This document shows, piece after piece, positions 37,000-52,460 of a stretch of 64,000 nt of DNA. The notes beneath the pieces were generated by a model. That model had not been told where the DNA came from. It ran no database searches and saw only the letters and a program-made list of their open reading frames with translations. Position numbers and translations under genes: made by a program. Every line of letters starts with the position of its first letter. Position 1 is the stretch's first letter. Source of the stretch: the human T2T-CHM13v2.0 reference genome, Homo sapiens; NCBI RefSeq assembly GCF_009914755.1, contig NC_060925.1. One strand, given 5' to 3'.

Positions 37000-37720
37000 T
37001 GACAAAATTACTGTTATTTTGAGATGATGAGTGTCTATCTGGAAAACCAAATAGTCACAGCAGCAACAACAGGAACGACAACAATGATGAAGACAACAAC
37101 AACAAAGATCCAATAAGAAGACTCAGTACATTGGCTTATGATAAAAATTACTACATACAAATGAATAGCTGTTCTACATTCCAGTAATAATTTACTTTAA
37201 AAATTAATAGGAAATGTACTAAACCTAAGGATGACAGAATGACTATACTCTGGGCCATAAAATAGATGAATTACTGGGAGGAAATACCATGTTCCAAGAT
37301 GGAAAGACTTAGTATTGTAGGTATGTGAATTCTCCACACATTAATCTGTAAATTTAATGAAATCCCAATTAAAATTCTAATTCTTTAACCCAACAACTTA
37401 ATTCCAAAAGATATCTGAGAGAATAAACTCATGAAAATAGCCAGGGACATTCTGAAAAAGTGTAATAAGAGATGACTAACTCTAATAGATAGGCAACTTT
37501 GCTATACAGCTATAATTTTAAAATTGTGCTTTGCAGATATAGACAGTCAAGGAAACTGAGCTGAGTAGAGACAGATGTGATATATGCTAGAAGTGGCATA
37601 ACAGATCAGTGGGGAATTGATGGAGAGTTTTTTATAATAATAGCACAACTGGCAAGTCACTTGGGGAAAAAATATATTCCCCCTCATACTTCACAAAATA
37701 ATAAGTTCCAGGTGGAATAA
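37000..37720 (+). mobile_element. Old L1M ORF2 fragment
   Basis: ataccatgttccaagatggaaagacttagtattgt…tttaatgaaatcccaattaaaatt. Confidence 0.7.
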
Positions 37721-37904
37721 CAGCATCTTAGTTTGGTGTGTGTTCTTCCATAACTGTATTTTGGCACTTACTTTTTTTTTTTTACATTATAGATTTCTTG
37801 CATACAATGTATTCTTCAACTTACTTTCTTCACTTACTGTTAGTTACCTCTGGGATGTGGGGAACAGACTGAATTTGAGAGTGATAAGAAAAGGGGAGAT
37901 CATC

Positions 37905-38899
37905 ATAAATTAATTAGTTAATTCAATTAAACAATGATTGAGTGCCTACAAAGTGCCAGGCCATATTCTTGTTGCTGGGGATACAGCAGTGAATAACAAC
38001 AAGAATTCTGCCCTCATGGATCATACATTCTCGTGGGGAGGACATAAACCATCAATAAAATATTTAAGTAAAATGTACCCTATATTAAATGGTGACAAAC
38101 GCTTCAGAGGAAAATAAAGCGCATGCATGCGTGCACACACACGTACAAGACAAGGAGAGCAGGCCTCACTAAGATGACATTTGTGTGAAGATGTAGAAGA
38201 GGTGAGGGAGAGCCATCCCATCTGGTTATGGGAGCATTTTCTCTGACAGAAGAAACAGTGAGTGCAAGAGAGAGTGAGCCTGGCATAAAAGATAAGACAT
38301 AGTTCGCAGAGCCTTATAGGCCACTTGAGAACTTCAGTGATTCCACCGAGTGAGCGAGTAAGCTGGTGGAATATTCAAGCCACAGAGAGGCATGATCCGA
38401 CTTAGTTATTTTTGTTTTAAACAGGATCGCTGTGGTTACTATGTAGAGAATCACACAAAGATGAGTCAGATAAGAGTGTGCCATAATACTGGAGAGAGAG
38501 ACGGCAGTGGGTGAGATCAGGTTGGTAACAGTGCAGCTAGTTTCTGGATATATTTTGACAGTATTGCTGAGAGGACTTGTTGATCGGTTAGGAGAAGCAT
38601 GTTAGAGAAAGAGAGGCAGAAGGACTCTAAGGCTGTTATTATGAGCAATAAGAAGGTAGATTTGGTAATCACTGACATGGAAGGATCACTGGGAGGAGGA
38701 GGTTTTAAAGGGGGTATCAGGGACTAGTTGTGGATCCGTTAAATTTGAAATGCTTATTATTAATTGATATCCAAGAAGAGATATTGAATAGTGGATGGAT
38801 ATGTAACTCTGGAATTCACAGGACAGGTCAGAAATAGATGTATAAATTTGGGCATCATCAGATCACATTCTACGCCATGAGACTAAATGAGATAATCAA

Positions 38900-38900
<1 letters not shown>
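37905..38900 (-). mobile_element. L2a
   Basis: tgagtgcctacaaagtgccaggc…ctggggatacagcagtgaa…ctgccctcatgga…tttctggatatattttga. Confidence 0.8.
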
Positions 38901-40300
<1,400 letters not shown>

Positions 40301-43300
40301 GACTTTTACAAAAAAGTTTTTTTTTAAGTTTGTATGGTTGAGAAATGAAACCAGTATATCAAGAAATACAAGAAGAAGGTCCAACAGTCCTGGTTTCCAT
40401 CCAACATTATATAATCCTGGGGTGTTTCAAAACCACCCAGTTATGTGCTGACAGATTGTCCAGATGTCTGGGATTAGAATTACAGAACATCTTTGTCCCA
40501 GCAAATTAGGTGGCTGGGCACACAAACAACCTGCCCTTTATTTTATTTATCTGCCCTTTGACAAGACAATTTTCCCTGTCATCATCATTTTGCTTTTCTG
40601 TTATGAATTCAAGGCACTTTACTAGGTACTTTTTTTTTTTTACATTCTTTATTGCATCCATGTAAATAACCTCCAACTGGGGTATTAATATTTAATTTTA
40701 CATAGGAGGAAACTGAGGCCCAGAGACTTTGAATAACTTGCCCAGTGTAATTAGCAAGTAAGGAGTGGAGCTGAATTTTATATCCTGGTTTCTCTAGCTT
40801 CCAAACTTTGGTTTTTCCACTATAATTTTTCTTCTAAAGAATGAGTGGAATAAAAATTGACTTAAATGGTTGAGGGACATCAATTAAATGACAAAAAATC
40901 TCATCATGTAACATTTTGTTCCTTTTCAATTATATTTCAAACCTCTTTACATCAAGGAAAAATCCTCAATTTCATAAGAGCATATCTATAAAACCTATTT
41001 AATATTTGCTAATCCTCCTTTTTCAATAGTAAGCAAGCAAATCTAATACCAAGTCTACTTAGAATGTAATAATATTGCTTTGCCTTATTGCATTTAGCTT
41101 TACCTTCTCTTTAGTGCAAGAGATAGTGATTTTTTTCCATTTACAGTTGTCATGCAGATTTAAATTTAAATTTTCATACATAGATTTTTAAAAATATTCA
41201 ATCATCAACAGTACAAGTAGCACACCAGTATTGCAAAACATTGCACAGGTTGATTGCAAATACCAAGAGCTTGGGAAATAACTGAACTACTTCGTGCTGC
41301 CTATTCCCATCATTTTAGGAGTTTGAAAAAGGAGAGAGAGAGGGACACTCTTAACTTTCGTTAAACCTTTATTGTGTCTTGGTAATTTCCCTGTGCAGTC
41401 TCCCTGAATTCTCACAGTTGTTCTGTGAGCATTCATACACCCAGTTTACAAATTTGGTAATTGAGGTACTGCATAATGATGTAGCCTAAGGGCACCCAAC
41501 TAGTAAATGGTGAACTTGGGATTTGAACTCAAAGTCCTGCATCTCCAAAGACTCAGCTAGTTTTAGACCATGCCATCCGAAAGGAGATAGCTAACTGGTT
41601 TGCTTTTTTGCAATTCTATACAAGTGTTAAGTTACTAGCATGTGGTAAAACCAAGAGAAGTTCAATGAAGGGGAAATTCCTGTGGGCCAGAGTTGAAAAG
41701 CATATGTGGCTGATACGGGCTTTGCAGAACATGTTAGGCCCTGGAAGCAGGTGCAAGTGCATTTCAGATGGAGCAGTTGGGATGGTCTTCATACCACTAA
41801 GGCCAGTTTCTGAAACCCAGCACCTCATAGCCCCACTGCTTTATCTCTGACTCCTCCTTTTTTTTTCTGTAAATACCCAGGAAGGAGCAACATTTTAAGC
41901 TTCTATCAACAATTCACACCTTACTATGAATTAATTTTTAACACTTTGCTGAAAGCAAGTTGGAATAATGGAAAGCATTCCAAGATCCAAGAGGTTACCA
42001 AAGCACAAACATCACCAAATAGACAGTGTGGATGCAACAAAGTTGATTCTCAAATTTATCCCCATTTTTATAATTGCCAACTCTATTCCTTCATAGCTAT
42101 GTAAAGGGCTTTTCACCATAGTAGCCCAAATATCAATGGTACTCTCCAAAAAAGATTGAGGTGGTTGTCTGACTCATATCTCCCCTACTACATTTCTCCC
42201 TGAGATAATATTAGAAAAGAGTCTAGAGACGTATTAGGACCTTATGAAACACATGGCTAAGACTTCTGACCACGTTTTCCAGCTTGTGTGCATATAAAAT
42301 TCTGGTCAGGGAAACAACCACCATCATGGGCCTCCTCTGGCCACAGCTTCATGTTTATTATTAGGAGATTGCTTACAGCCCCTAGGGAGGTCACAGTGTT
42401 GACATGCTTCCCATCCTTTCTCCTCTTTAGCTGGTCAGATAAGGCATTTAAACCTGACACCTCAGATCCTTTCAACGCCAAAACCAGATGTGCTCAGCTG
42501 GAAAGAGGAAAGGGTTCCTCTGTGTTCAACAAAATCCAAGCTCTCTGCAGTGAAGAGGGCCAAACTGACAAGCAGGCCAAGGGTTAGTCTTTTCTGTCCC
42601 CTCCCTGGTCTCTGCTTCCTTACTCTTCTCATATTGGCCACAGCCTTCCACCTAGAAGGAGGACCATGTTTTACCACATCTGCAAGACTTAGTTGTGCAT
42701 AACACCAATGTAATATTTTATATTAGAGATATTTATTCAATATGCTTCCTCCTCTATGCCACTGTGGCCTCTAACTGCATCCAAACTCTCATCACCACTG
42801 CCTTAGATTATGAAATAATTTCCTAACTGATCTCTCCACCTCAAAGATAATGCTCTGCATTCTAAAATGATTATCAAAATAATGGCTGTCATGAAGATAG
42901 TGCCTAGCACCGCTTGAAGGCTGCTGCCAATGTGCTTCCTGTGAGCTCTTCCCATGCATAGTTTCTGCAGCCTTCTCCATCCCCACTTCCACAACATGCC
43001 CTTCACTGTAGCTGCCATGAGCTGCTTCCAGTTCCCCCAGATGCCTTACAGTCTACCTCTGTGAGCTCCAGCAGGTCACTGTCTCCACTGGTTGTAAAAT
43101 GAGGAGACTATAACATCTAATGTTTATTAGTCCTGTGGGTTTAAGATTGCTGAAAGCGTTCTTTCCTTCTCTTCCTTTGAGAGCTCTGTGTGTTCCGTAG
43201 ATGACAAGGGGGAAACTGAGTCAGATATTTTTCCTGTCAACTACTTTAGCCAGCTCCTGGCACATCATTTCTCTAATATGACTTGGATTCTTACCATTCA

Positions 43301-43519
43301 CTGTGATGTCTCCAGCCCCGGACACACTTAGTTTAAAATGTATGAAGCACCACTGGGGTCCACATGGTTTTATATCTGTTCCAGTGGCCTCATGCAGCTG
43401 AGTTCTTCATCCTTTGTGTTCTTCAAGGGGAATGGAATGCTTTATGCTCTTTTCATATCTACTCACAGCATCTACCACAGAGGTAGGGAGAGGCAGGAGG
43501 GAAGTAACATTTATAACAA

Positions 43520-43760
43520 CACCATTAGGAGAATGGACTCTGTAGCTTGAGAACGTCAGTTCTAATCCTAGCCCTGCCATTTACTAGCTATGTGACCTTG
43601 GAAAAGTTAAGCTCTCGGGCTTCAATTTTCTTATCTGTATAATAGGAAAAAATGAGCTCTTCCTTAGGTTACTATGAAGATTATATTAGTTAATACAAGT
43701 AAAGTACTTAAAGCAGTGCCCAAAACATAGTTAAGTGTTATAGACATGTTTGCTGTTACT
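43520..43760 (+). mobile_element. MIR
   Basis: ctaatcctagccctgccatttactagctatgtgaccttggaaaagtta. Confidence 0.8.
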
Positions 43761-45249
43761 ACTTATTAAGAACTTATTCCATTCCAGGAATTATGCTAGA
43801 AACATTAGATAAAAATACAAATAATAATAGATACTAGTTATTAAGCACTTGTTAAATACTTTCATTCTTTATTGATGATTCTCAATTCCTGACAGCAGTG
43901 TGTCTCGTTTTATAGAAGACAAAACTGAGGCTGTGAGTGTTTTGGTACCTTGTTCAAATATGAGAATTAGTATATTTTTAAGGCCAAAAATGAGACCCAG
44001 GTCCCTCTGAGTCAAAAGCTCATATTGTTTCTATCACAGCATGACTAGCCCTCGTCCGTTTGTTTTCAGGCTTTGTTTTTTCTGCTGAGACAGGCATAGA
44101 GGCTGGAGCTCACAGTCTGACATTCTCCCCTGTGCTGTGGAGCCAGGCAGATAATATTATGTGTGGGTTATGCCCAGTTTCCCATCCTCCCACCTCATAT
44201 TCTGGAGAAGTAATGACATCTCTTTTCCTCCTGCTCAAGAAGGCATTCTGTAGGGTAAGTGAGAGAGGTATTTGTATAGGGATAACCATGACACATTTTA
44301 TTTAATGAAAGCCTCCCACCTGTCTCCCTGTTCAAGGATCATCTTCTTCAGAAAACCTTAAAAACAGTGATTTGCCTCAGGTGCACTCCACAGTTTGCTG
44401 CTCAGAGGTGTCCCTCACTGCTCCCCACCACTGCCAGCCACTGCTCCTGTGGAAGTTGGCTACCCCGAAACTCCTGGTCTATACTCCCCCTTGACAGGGT
44501 GCTGTTCCATCTTTCTAGGTAGCAGTGGCTGAGGGTGGACAAGACACTCTTTTTTGTGTAGCCTATTACTTCTCTTCTCCACCATACCATCCCAAAAGGC
44601 CTTACTGGAGGTTGAATATAACCAAATTAATTATGATTTCAAAAAATGCTTTATATAATGGTCCATTATAATCCAAGACAAGATTACAATTAAACCCTTT
44701 CACAGGAGTGTCTCTATCAGACGCACCCAATTTCTTGCTTAATCCTGCCATCCGCAAGTCTCCACTCCTTCCCCTGATGACCTCCCTTTTATAGATTGTC
44801 CTACAATGTGAATCCTTATTCTTCACGGAAACATTGTGGCCTCAAACATTTAATCAGTGTTGACATCTGTTTCCACAGGTTATTTCTGGACACAGTAATC
44901 CTTCAGCAATACAATTACCAAGTTATTCAACATGGAAGGCTTTGCCAAGACAGTGGTGGCTGGGATTTGACCCTCTAAGTGTGAGGTTAGTATTGATCTC
45001 CAAGCTCCGTCTCCACACATATCTCACCAACCATTCCCCAATACAAGTGAAAATCCTGAGTAAAATACAAACACTTACACCTTCAAATGAATGCATTGAT
45101 GCTCAGAAACACAACAGCCAAAATCTGTATTAAAGAAGAGAAATACTTTCCTAGTTGCAACAAAATCTACACTGCTATCCTCTACAATAAAGGGTAGCAC
45201 TGAACCTTGCTAAGCAGAGTAGTGTTGGTTCTTCTATATTTACTCAGTG

Positions 45250-46320
45250 CTGCTATCAGTTAGGGTAATTTGGTCCAGGTAATTTAAAAAAACCTAAATC
45301 CAGTAATCTTAAACAATGAAGTCAGTTTTTATAACCCAAACCTCAAAAAGTACAAGGGACTTCACCAGAGTTTGATATAGTGCTTCAACAATACCACCAA
45401 ACAACCAGTAAGCCTGTCTCTATCCATCTTTCTCTTCTGCTGTATTAATTTCCCGTCACTACTATAACAAATGACCATAAACTTAGTGGCTTAAAACAAC
45501 AGAAATGTGTTATCTTACAGTTCTAGAAATCAAAATCCCGAAGTCAATGTCTGGGCAGAGCTGTGCTCCTTCTGGAGCTCTAGAGAGGACACTGCTTCCT
45601 GCCTTTTCTAGGTTTTAGAGGCTGCCATCTTCAAAGTGAGCAGCACAGCACCTTCCAATTTCTCTTTCTCTCTGCTGCCTTTGCCACTTCCCCTTTTCTC
45701 TCCTTGATATTCTTTCCTCTCTTTTTTATAAAAACTCTTGAAATTACACTGAGCTTATTCCAATAAACCAAGATGATCTATCCATCTCAAGATCCTTGAC
45801 TTAATCATATCTTCACCGTCCCTTTTGCCATATAAGGTAACATTCACAAGGATTAGGACTTTGGCATCTCTTTGTGTGTGTGGTTGGGGTAGGCATTGTT
45901 CTTTCTACGTCTGCTTTCCACTGTGTTAATGTCATCTGGAAACAGTAGTACTTGTATTCATAAAAAGACTGTCAGCAGCTCAAGGGGCTACGTGCTTCTC
46001 AGTCCCTTTGGCGTGAAGAACAGAGACTCTTATGGTCTCTCACAGGACACCAAGGAAGCTTCTTGCCCAGGATCATCCTCATTTCTATCATTTTCATGGT
46101 CAGAGTTTAGTCTCACACCCTTCCCTGAATCAATTATCATGGCCTCAGGGTTAGACTTTGCAGATCAATGTAAGCCAGGAGCTGAAGCTTAGGGTGGGCT
46201 CAGCTCCCATGGATGGAAATGTGGGAGGGGTGGTTCTCTAAAGGAAACTCAGAGTCCTGTGCCATGAAGCAGGAGAGGATAGACACCGGTTGCCAACAGC
46301 AGCGACAAAACCCACCGCAT
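45250..46320 (-). mobile_element. Old MLT1 (K-like) LTR with a nested MLT1C/D LTR at ~45441-45915
   Basis: tgtattaatttcc…cttagtggcttaaaacaacagaaa…gccatataaggtaacattcaca (younger MLT1) sits inside older MLT1 pieces. Confidence 0.65.
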
Positions 46321-47839
46321 GCCAACACTACTATCAGAATATGATCAGTAGGTCCATTAGAAATGGGATACTGCCACAGTTGCCTATCCTTTAATGACCC
46401 CTTCTTACTCTTACAAACATCTGGCAGAAGCTTTACTTTTGGGGTCAACTCTGAGTCTTGGATGGCACTGGAAGGCAGGTTCGATGAGGATCTAAATTCC
46501 TAATACTTAACTAACACACTAAGGTGGAAGATTAGTGATTTCTCTTCTAGTAACATTACTTTAAAAAATATGCACACTCATTTGTATTTAAACATCAGTA
46601 ACAAATCCCTGTGGCACACCTCTGAAGGGACTGAATCATACCAGTGCACGGCAACATAGGGGCTGAGATCTGATTTCCCAGACATGAGGTAGGGATCTAT
46701 GCATTGCTTTGTTCTTCAGCTCTTGCTTTCTTTTCTGTGTTTGCATGGCCTTCTGGAAAGCTGAAATTATTTTCTGTTTTTCTTTGTCTTTCTTACTTAA
46801 GTTTTATTCTAGTGCACTTTTGGAAAGCTGGCTTTTGTGTGCACGTGTGCTTTTATATATCCTCCATGGAAACAATTATATGGGTAGGATGGAACTTTAC
46901 TTGAACAAGTTTCCCTAGCCATAGGCCTCCTAATCTAAGAGTTAGAGACCTTTTACTCCTTATCTTTGTAAGCAAAAAATATGGTTATCTTCATGCTTTT
47001 ACCTTAGAGTTAATGTTTTGAAGACCTGCTAACTGAAAACAATGTCGCAGATTTATCTTGGAAAATGTTAAAACAGAATTTTCCCCTCACTGTCATCCTA
47101 TATAGCAAACCTCAGGTAGGTGTGTATGAAACTTTTCCCTTTTGAGTTACATGTCCAAACTTGTGAGTGTTTTTCTTATTTTTACTTTCTAAAATTAGAG
47201 AATGCCTGAGTTTGCAAGAGGCGTAAGAGCTATCTAGTCAAGTCTTTGTCAAATGCACAAGCAACATCCTCTAGTGTTAGAGAACTTACCACTCCACAGT
47301 CAGTATATTCTATTTTTGGACTGTACGTAACACTTTAATAGTTCTTTGTTTGTAGTGATAAGACTACTTTCTTAGAACTTCTATTCCTTAATCTTATTTC
47401 TCACCTTGAAACAACATCATAGAGATCTACTTAATCGAACCATAATCATTTGTTTCCAAAGGTGTGAGACACTGTTTCTACTTGACTCATTAGAATAACT
47501 TACATCTAGACAGTGACTTCTAGGTATCTAGAGCCATCATGTGCATTAACTCAGCTAATTCTCAAAGTCTTGTGGGGTAAGTATGGTTGTTTCCATCATA
47601 CAGATGAGTGAACGAGTTCAGATGAGTTCCTGATTCCATTTACATGTGTTTAATGTTAATGCATTGTGCGTGATCTTTGACCTGCATGAAGATTACAATT
47701 TAGTCAAAATTTAAAGAAATATATGTCTATATTCTCAGGGAAGTGATAGGTTTAAAAAAAAGAATAATGTTCTTTAAGATAATTTCTATGGTTTGGGGGC
47801 TATGGCTACAGACTGATTTAAATTTAAATCAATGAAATT

Positions 47840-48340
47840 TAATTTGAGAGAGGACTATCCCTGAGCACTCAGGGAAGCCATAGGAAAAAAGAGTTGAAGT
47901 CTTACCTGGAGAGATGGTCCAGCAAATAGGAAGACTTAAGGTGCTGAAGAGTTTGGCATGGTGAAGGAGCTTCCGGATGACCAAAGTGCTAGAACCCAAT
48001 GAGAACATGGGAAAGCTAGACAAGCAGAGACTGGAGAGGCAGGCATGCAGGATATCATAGGGAATTGAAAATAAGTTATTTCCTTAACACTCATGGAAAA
48101 GAGTTGTAGAGTTTTAAGCAGAGAAGTGACAATATCTGATTAAAATTTTTAAAAGATCACTCTTGCTACAGTCTAGAGAATGGAATAGAGTGCAAAACTG
48201 GCGGAATGACTGGAAGGAGACCAGTGAAGGGGCTATCACAGCAGTTCAGGAAAGAGATCATGGTGGATTGAATTAGAGTGGCTATGGAAATGGTGAAATG
48301 TTGATTGTCCCAGTATTTCAGATGAGCACCAGTGAAACAT
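47840..48340 (-). mobile_element. L2 fragment
   Basis: ttttaagcagagaagtgacaatatctgat…aaagatcactct…ggagaccagtgaaggggct. Confidence 0.65.
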
Positions 48341-50189
48341 ATTTGAAAATAAGGCCTTACGTTATCAAAAATTATTGTGATTGGAGGATATAACATGAGA
48401 TTTGGAGTCAATGACCAGAACTACCACTTACTAGCTATATCATCTGGGATAAGATACATTATCACCTGGGCCTCAGTTTTGTCATCTATAGAGGAGATAT
48501 GACCATTATGTCGTTGCTCATAGCATTTTGCCATGTCTTAAAAATGGGGGTCAAAATAACCATCATGTCTTCTTCACACACTTGTTTTGTGAATCCATAA
48601 AATTTCAGATGTAATATTGGTACTATGTGGACCATTTCCATTGATCGGATACACAGTCCCATATAAGTAGCTAGATAAGGCTTGGGGATTTTGCTGAAAG
48701 ATCTAAAGTTTTAGATTCAAGCAGGGTTTAAATCCTGAATTTACCATCTTTTAGCTTTGTTTCTTCAGACAAGTTATCTAAGTTCTCTAGACTCATTTCC
48801 ATCACATGTATGAAAATACTTGAATTATGGAGTTTTAAAAAGACCGTCAATATTTTAACTTAACCTAAGACCTGGTTTTTTTCTAACCCTCTTTTTGAAC
48901 AATTCTTCCTTCTGATCAATAATCTCTTTTTAAATCTAATAAAGAGATCTAGGGGGTATGTTTTCAGCAATTTTTATGAAAGACATTTATTAGGCCATAA
49001 AAAACAATGTTAACAGTTTTACCCACTTGTTGGGACATGAAGTTCTACGATTTCTTTTTATGGGTCAGCTTGTTTTTCTTCATTTTTTCCCCTCTCCTGC
49101 ACTCAAAGTCAGCCCAAATATGGTAACAGTAAATCATTCAGACTGGGTTAATATATGCCGTTACAGGTTTAGATACCTCTCTGTCTCCTTGCTCATCTCT
49201 GAGACAGAAAGGGAATTAGTCAGACCGTCCTTAGAATCATTGCCTTGCACATTAAACCCTTGAGGACAGTGTAATGCGATCCCTATTTTCCTTACCTTTC
49301 AGATCTCTAGCTCCAGAGAAACCACAGCTCTGCTGGTTTTTGTGGTACAAACCACAAAGATGTTTTTTAACTTTGCTTAACTTTCCTTCCATCTGTTCTT
49401 TCCTCAAAAATGCACTTGCTGCTTTCCCTTCTCTTTTCATTGAAAGCCAAATTCCGTAGGTTTTGTTTCTTCCCCTTTTCAATCTGGCCTGATGCCTCTG
49501 CTTGTCGTCTTGACCTGTCTTTATGGACTTCTCTTGGCGAACTCAGGACCATAATTATTCCAAGGTCTCTCTGCTTTTTATAATTTCAGGTATGGATTAT
49601 GTGGTGGACTCTCAAATGGTAAAAGCTTGATTTTAAAAATCAGCTTTGAAAATATTCCTTCTTCAGGTAAATTTCACAAAATGCCCAAGAAACAAGATTT
49701 CAGTTGCTTCCCACTTTCTCCTCCATGTCGGCACAGCCAGTGACCTACCTAAAGCATGAGGGATTATATTCGATCGTATTCAGAATAGTTCCTTTAAAAG
49801 AGACAATTTTAACTGCTCCGTATTTTCTGGATATCACAATCTTGAGTACGAAAGTTGGTTGGATCCAAATCTAGTGAAATTCCAAAGTGTAGGTATCTCA
49901 ACTATAGAAGCAGCATGATATAGTTCAGTGGCTCCACAGCTATGGAGCATTTGATGTCAGTAGCATGAAAAATGGTTTAAGGTGGTTCACAGCAGTAAAC
50001 AACAATGAAATGGACTATGAGAAAATTATTTTCTTTTCTGTTCAGTAGAATAACTACCAGGAATTATCCCTCAGTATGGTACTATTCTTGAATACTTCCC
50101 TGGCATTTCCTAACCCCTCTTTTGAACAGATAAAGAACAGGCATCAAACTGAAATCCTCAGCAGAAAACAACAATGTGTAGCTAGAATT

Positions 50190-50445
50190 TAGTGATGTTG
50201 CTTGGTTTAATTATAATTTTTATGGTTACATTTTTCCTTTTATGGTTGGTTGCCTTTGTGGGTACAGATTTCTACTCATAAGGTTGATATAAAACATCCT
50301 TATAAAGTATACTTAATGTGAGTAAAAAATAAGATAAACAAATTTAAAGAATAATATTAAGAAAATACTGATAGGAGTGTTACACATCTGTGTAGTAGAA
50401 ATCATGAAAGTGATAACACAAATGAGTGTAATTGAAAAATATCAT
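50190..50445. mobile_element. hAT-Charlie MITE fragment
   Basis: tgatataaaac…aatttaaagaataatattaag…aaatcatgaaagtg. Confidence 0.45.
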
Positions 50446-50681
50446 ATTTGAATGAGTATAAATCTTGGAAGGTGACCAGGGACCTAATTTTAAACTGCAC
50501 TTCTTCTTACTTATTACCTGATGATTTGTAAATAATGTACTAATTTACTTTGAGCCTTAGTTTCCTCTTCTTTAGAATAGAGGGAAAGGTGTATTACATA
50601 GGATCATAAAAAATAAAGTAATATAATAATTATCTAGCATAGTACCAGATATGGTGTAGATAGATACTCAATAACTGGTAG

Positions 50682-50990
<309 letters not shown>

Positions 50991-51379
50991 AATAACTGGT
51001 AGCTTTCTTTGCCCTCTTATCATTTCACTCCTATAACTTAAAAAGAACGTAATGTATTGGCTAAGGATAACTGAACTATGTACCCTTTCCTGGACAGTTA
51101 ATATATATTTTAATGAGTTACAAAATATATAGCTGTCATTGCCATGTAGACCTGCTACTCATTACCAATTACATCTCCAAAAAGCACAGGAGCAACTCTT
51201 ATGTGAGAGTCACTGACAAAAAGTCTGTGTTAATATTTCCTGATTGAGTCAGTCAGTATGACCCACCTCCCCTGTTAAAGTGCTTGCTTCTGGAACACTT
51301 CCTTTTATCTCCAAAACGTGCTTCTGGAGCACTTTTTATCTCTCTCTTCCCCTTTTCCTCTACAACCCTAGATACAATC

Positions 51380-51970
51380 TGTCATCAAGTTATGTATCAA
51401 TAGCCTCCTTAATGTCAATCACACTTTCCTCTTATGCACTGTTTCCTCCCTGATCCGTGTCTTGCCCATGATGGTAATCTGAAAGGTCTACCATGTCGCT
51501 CATGGTCTCGCCACATCACCCCACCAGCTCTGCTCCAGGGCCTTGCAGTCCTTCAAATGGCCCATATAGGTTGTTCCTTGCCTTCTCCTCAAGCCTTGTG
51601 ATACCCATTTTCCCCTCCTTTTTTATTGTTTCTTCTTTACACACACGATTCTTCCTTCCTGGCAAGCTCAATGTGCTTCCCCTCCCACAGCCCGTTTCCT
51701 TCTAGTTTCTAGCCACCCTCCAAAACTCAGGTCAGTGGTTTCTTCCTCTGGATAATTTTCCCTGACCCTTGTCCAAAACCTTCGATTAGGCCAAACTTCT
51801 TGGCTATGCATTTCCTTTCTTCACAGCATTTATGTGTGGTCAACTTTACCAGACAGTGGTCTTTGAGAGAGCACGCATGCCTCGTGTTGCTAAGCATTTG
51901 TCCCCAGCACCTAATACAGCGACTAACACATAGTAACACTCAGTAAATATTTGTTGAATGAATGAATAAG
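51380..51970 (+). mobile_element. L2 3' end
   Basis: tccccagcacctaatacag…cactcagtaaatatttgttgaatgaatgaat tail. Confidence 0.75.
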
Positions 51971-52199
51971 TAACTTCCACTGGCACTTACCAGCCTGGAC
52001 ACTCCTTATTCTTGTCGTATTTAGAAATCTCAATGTGATGATAGTGGTTCCCGGTGTAATTTCTGACCTACAGAGAAGAGCCACTACACAATGCTGGGGT
52101 TCATTTATTCCTCAAAATCATGGTGAAGGCCATGATGTATCAAAATAAATTAGTTGTCCTCACTACATCAGAGTCTTGTTTGCTTATTGTTTTAATTTT

Positions 52200-52460
52200 T
52201 AAAAATTTTATTGTAGAAAAGACACATAATATAAAATGATAAAATGTACCACTAGTGACATTTAGCACATTTACAATATTATACAACCGTCACCACTATC
52301 TAGTTCCAGAAAATTTTCATCACCCCAAAAGGAAAACTCATACCCATTAAGCAGTCACTCCTTATTCCCCACTACTGTCAGCCCCTGGCAACCACTATTC
52401 TGTCTTCTGTTTCTTCAGATTCTCTGACTCTGGACATTTCATATAAATGGAATCATCACA
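52200..52460 (-). mobile_element. L1MB 3' end
   Basis: caccactatctagttccagaaaattttcatcaccccaaaaggaaa…cccctggcaaccact…catataaatggaatcat. Confidence 0.85.
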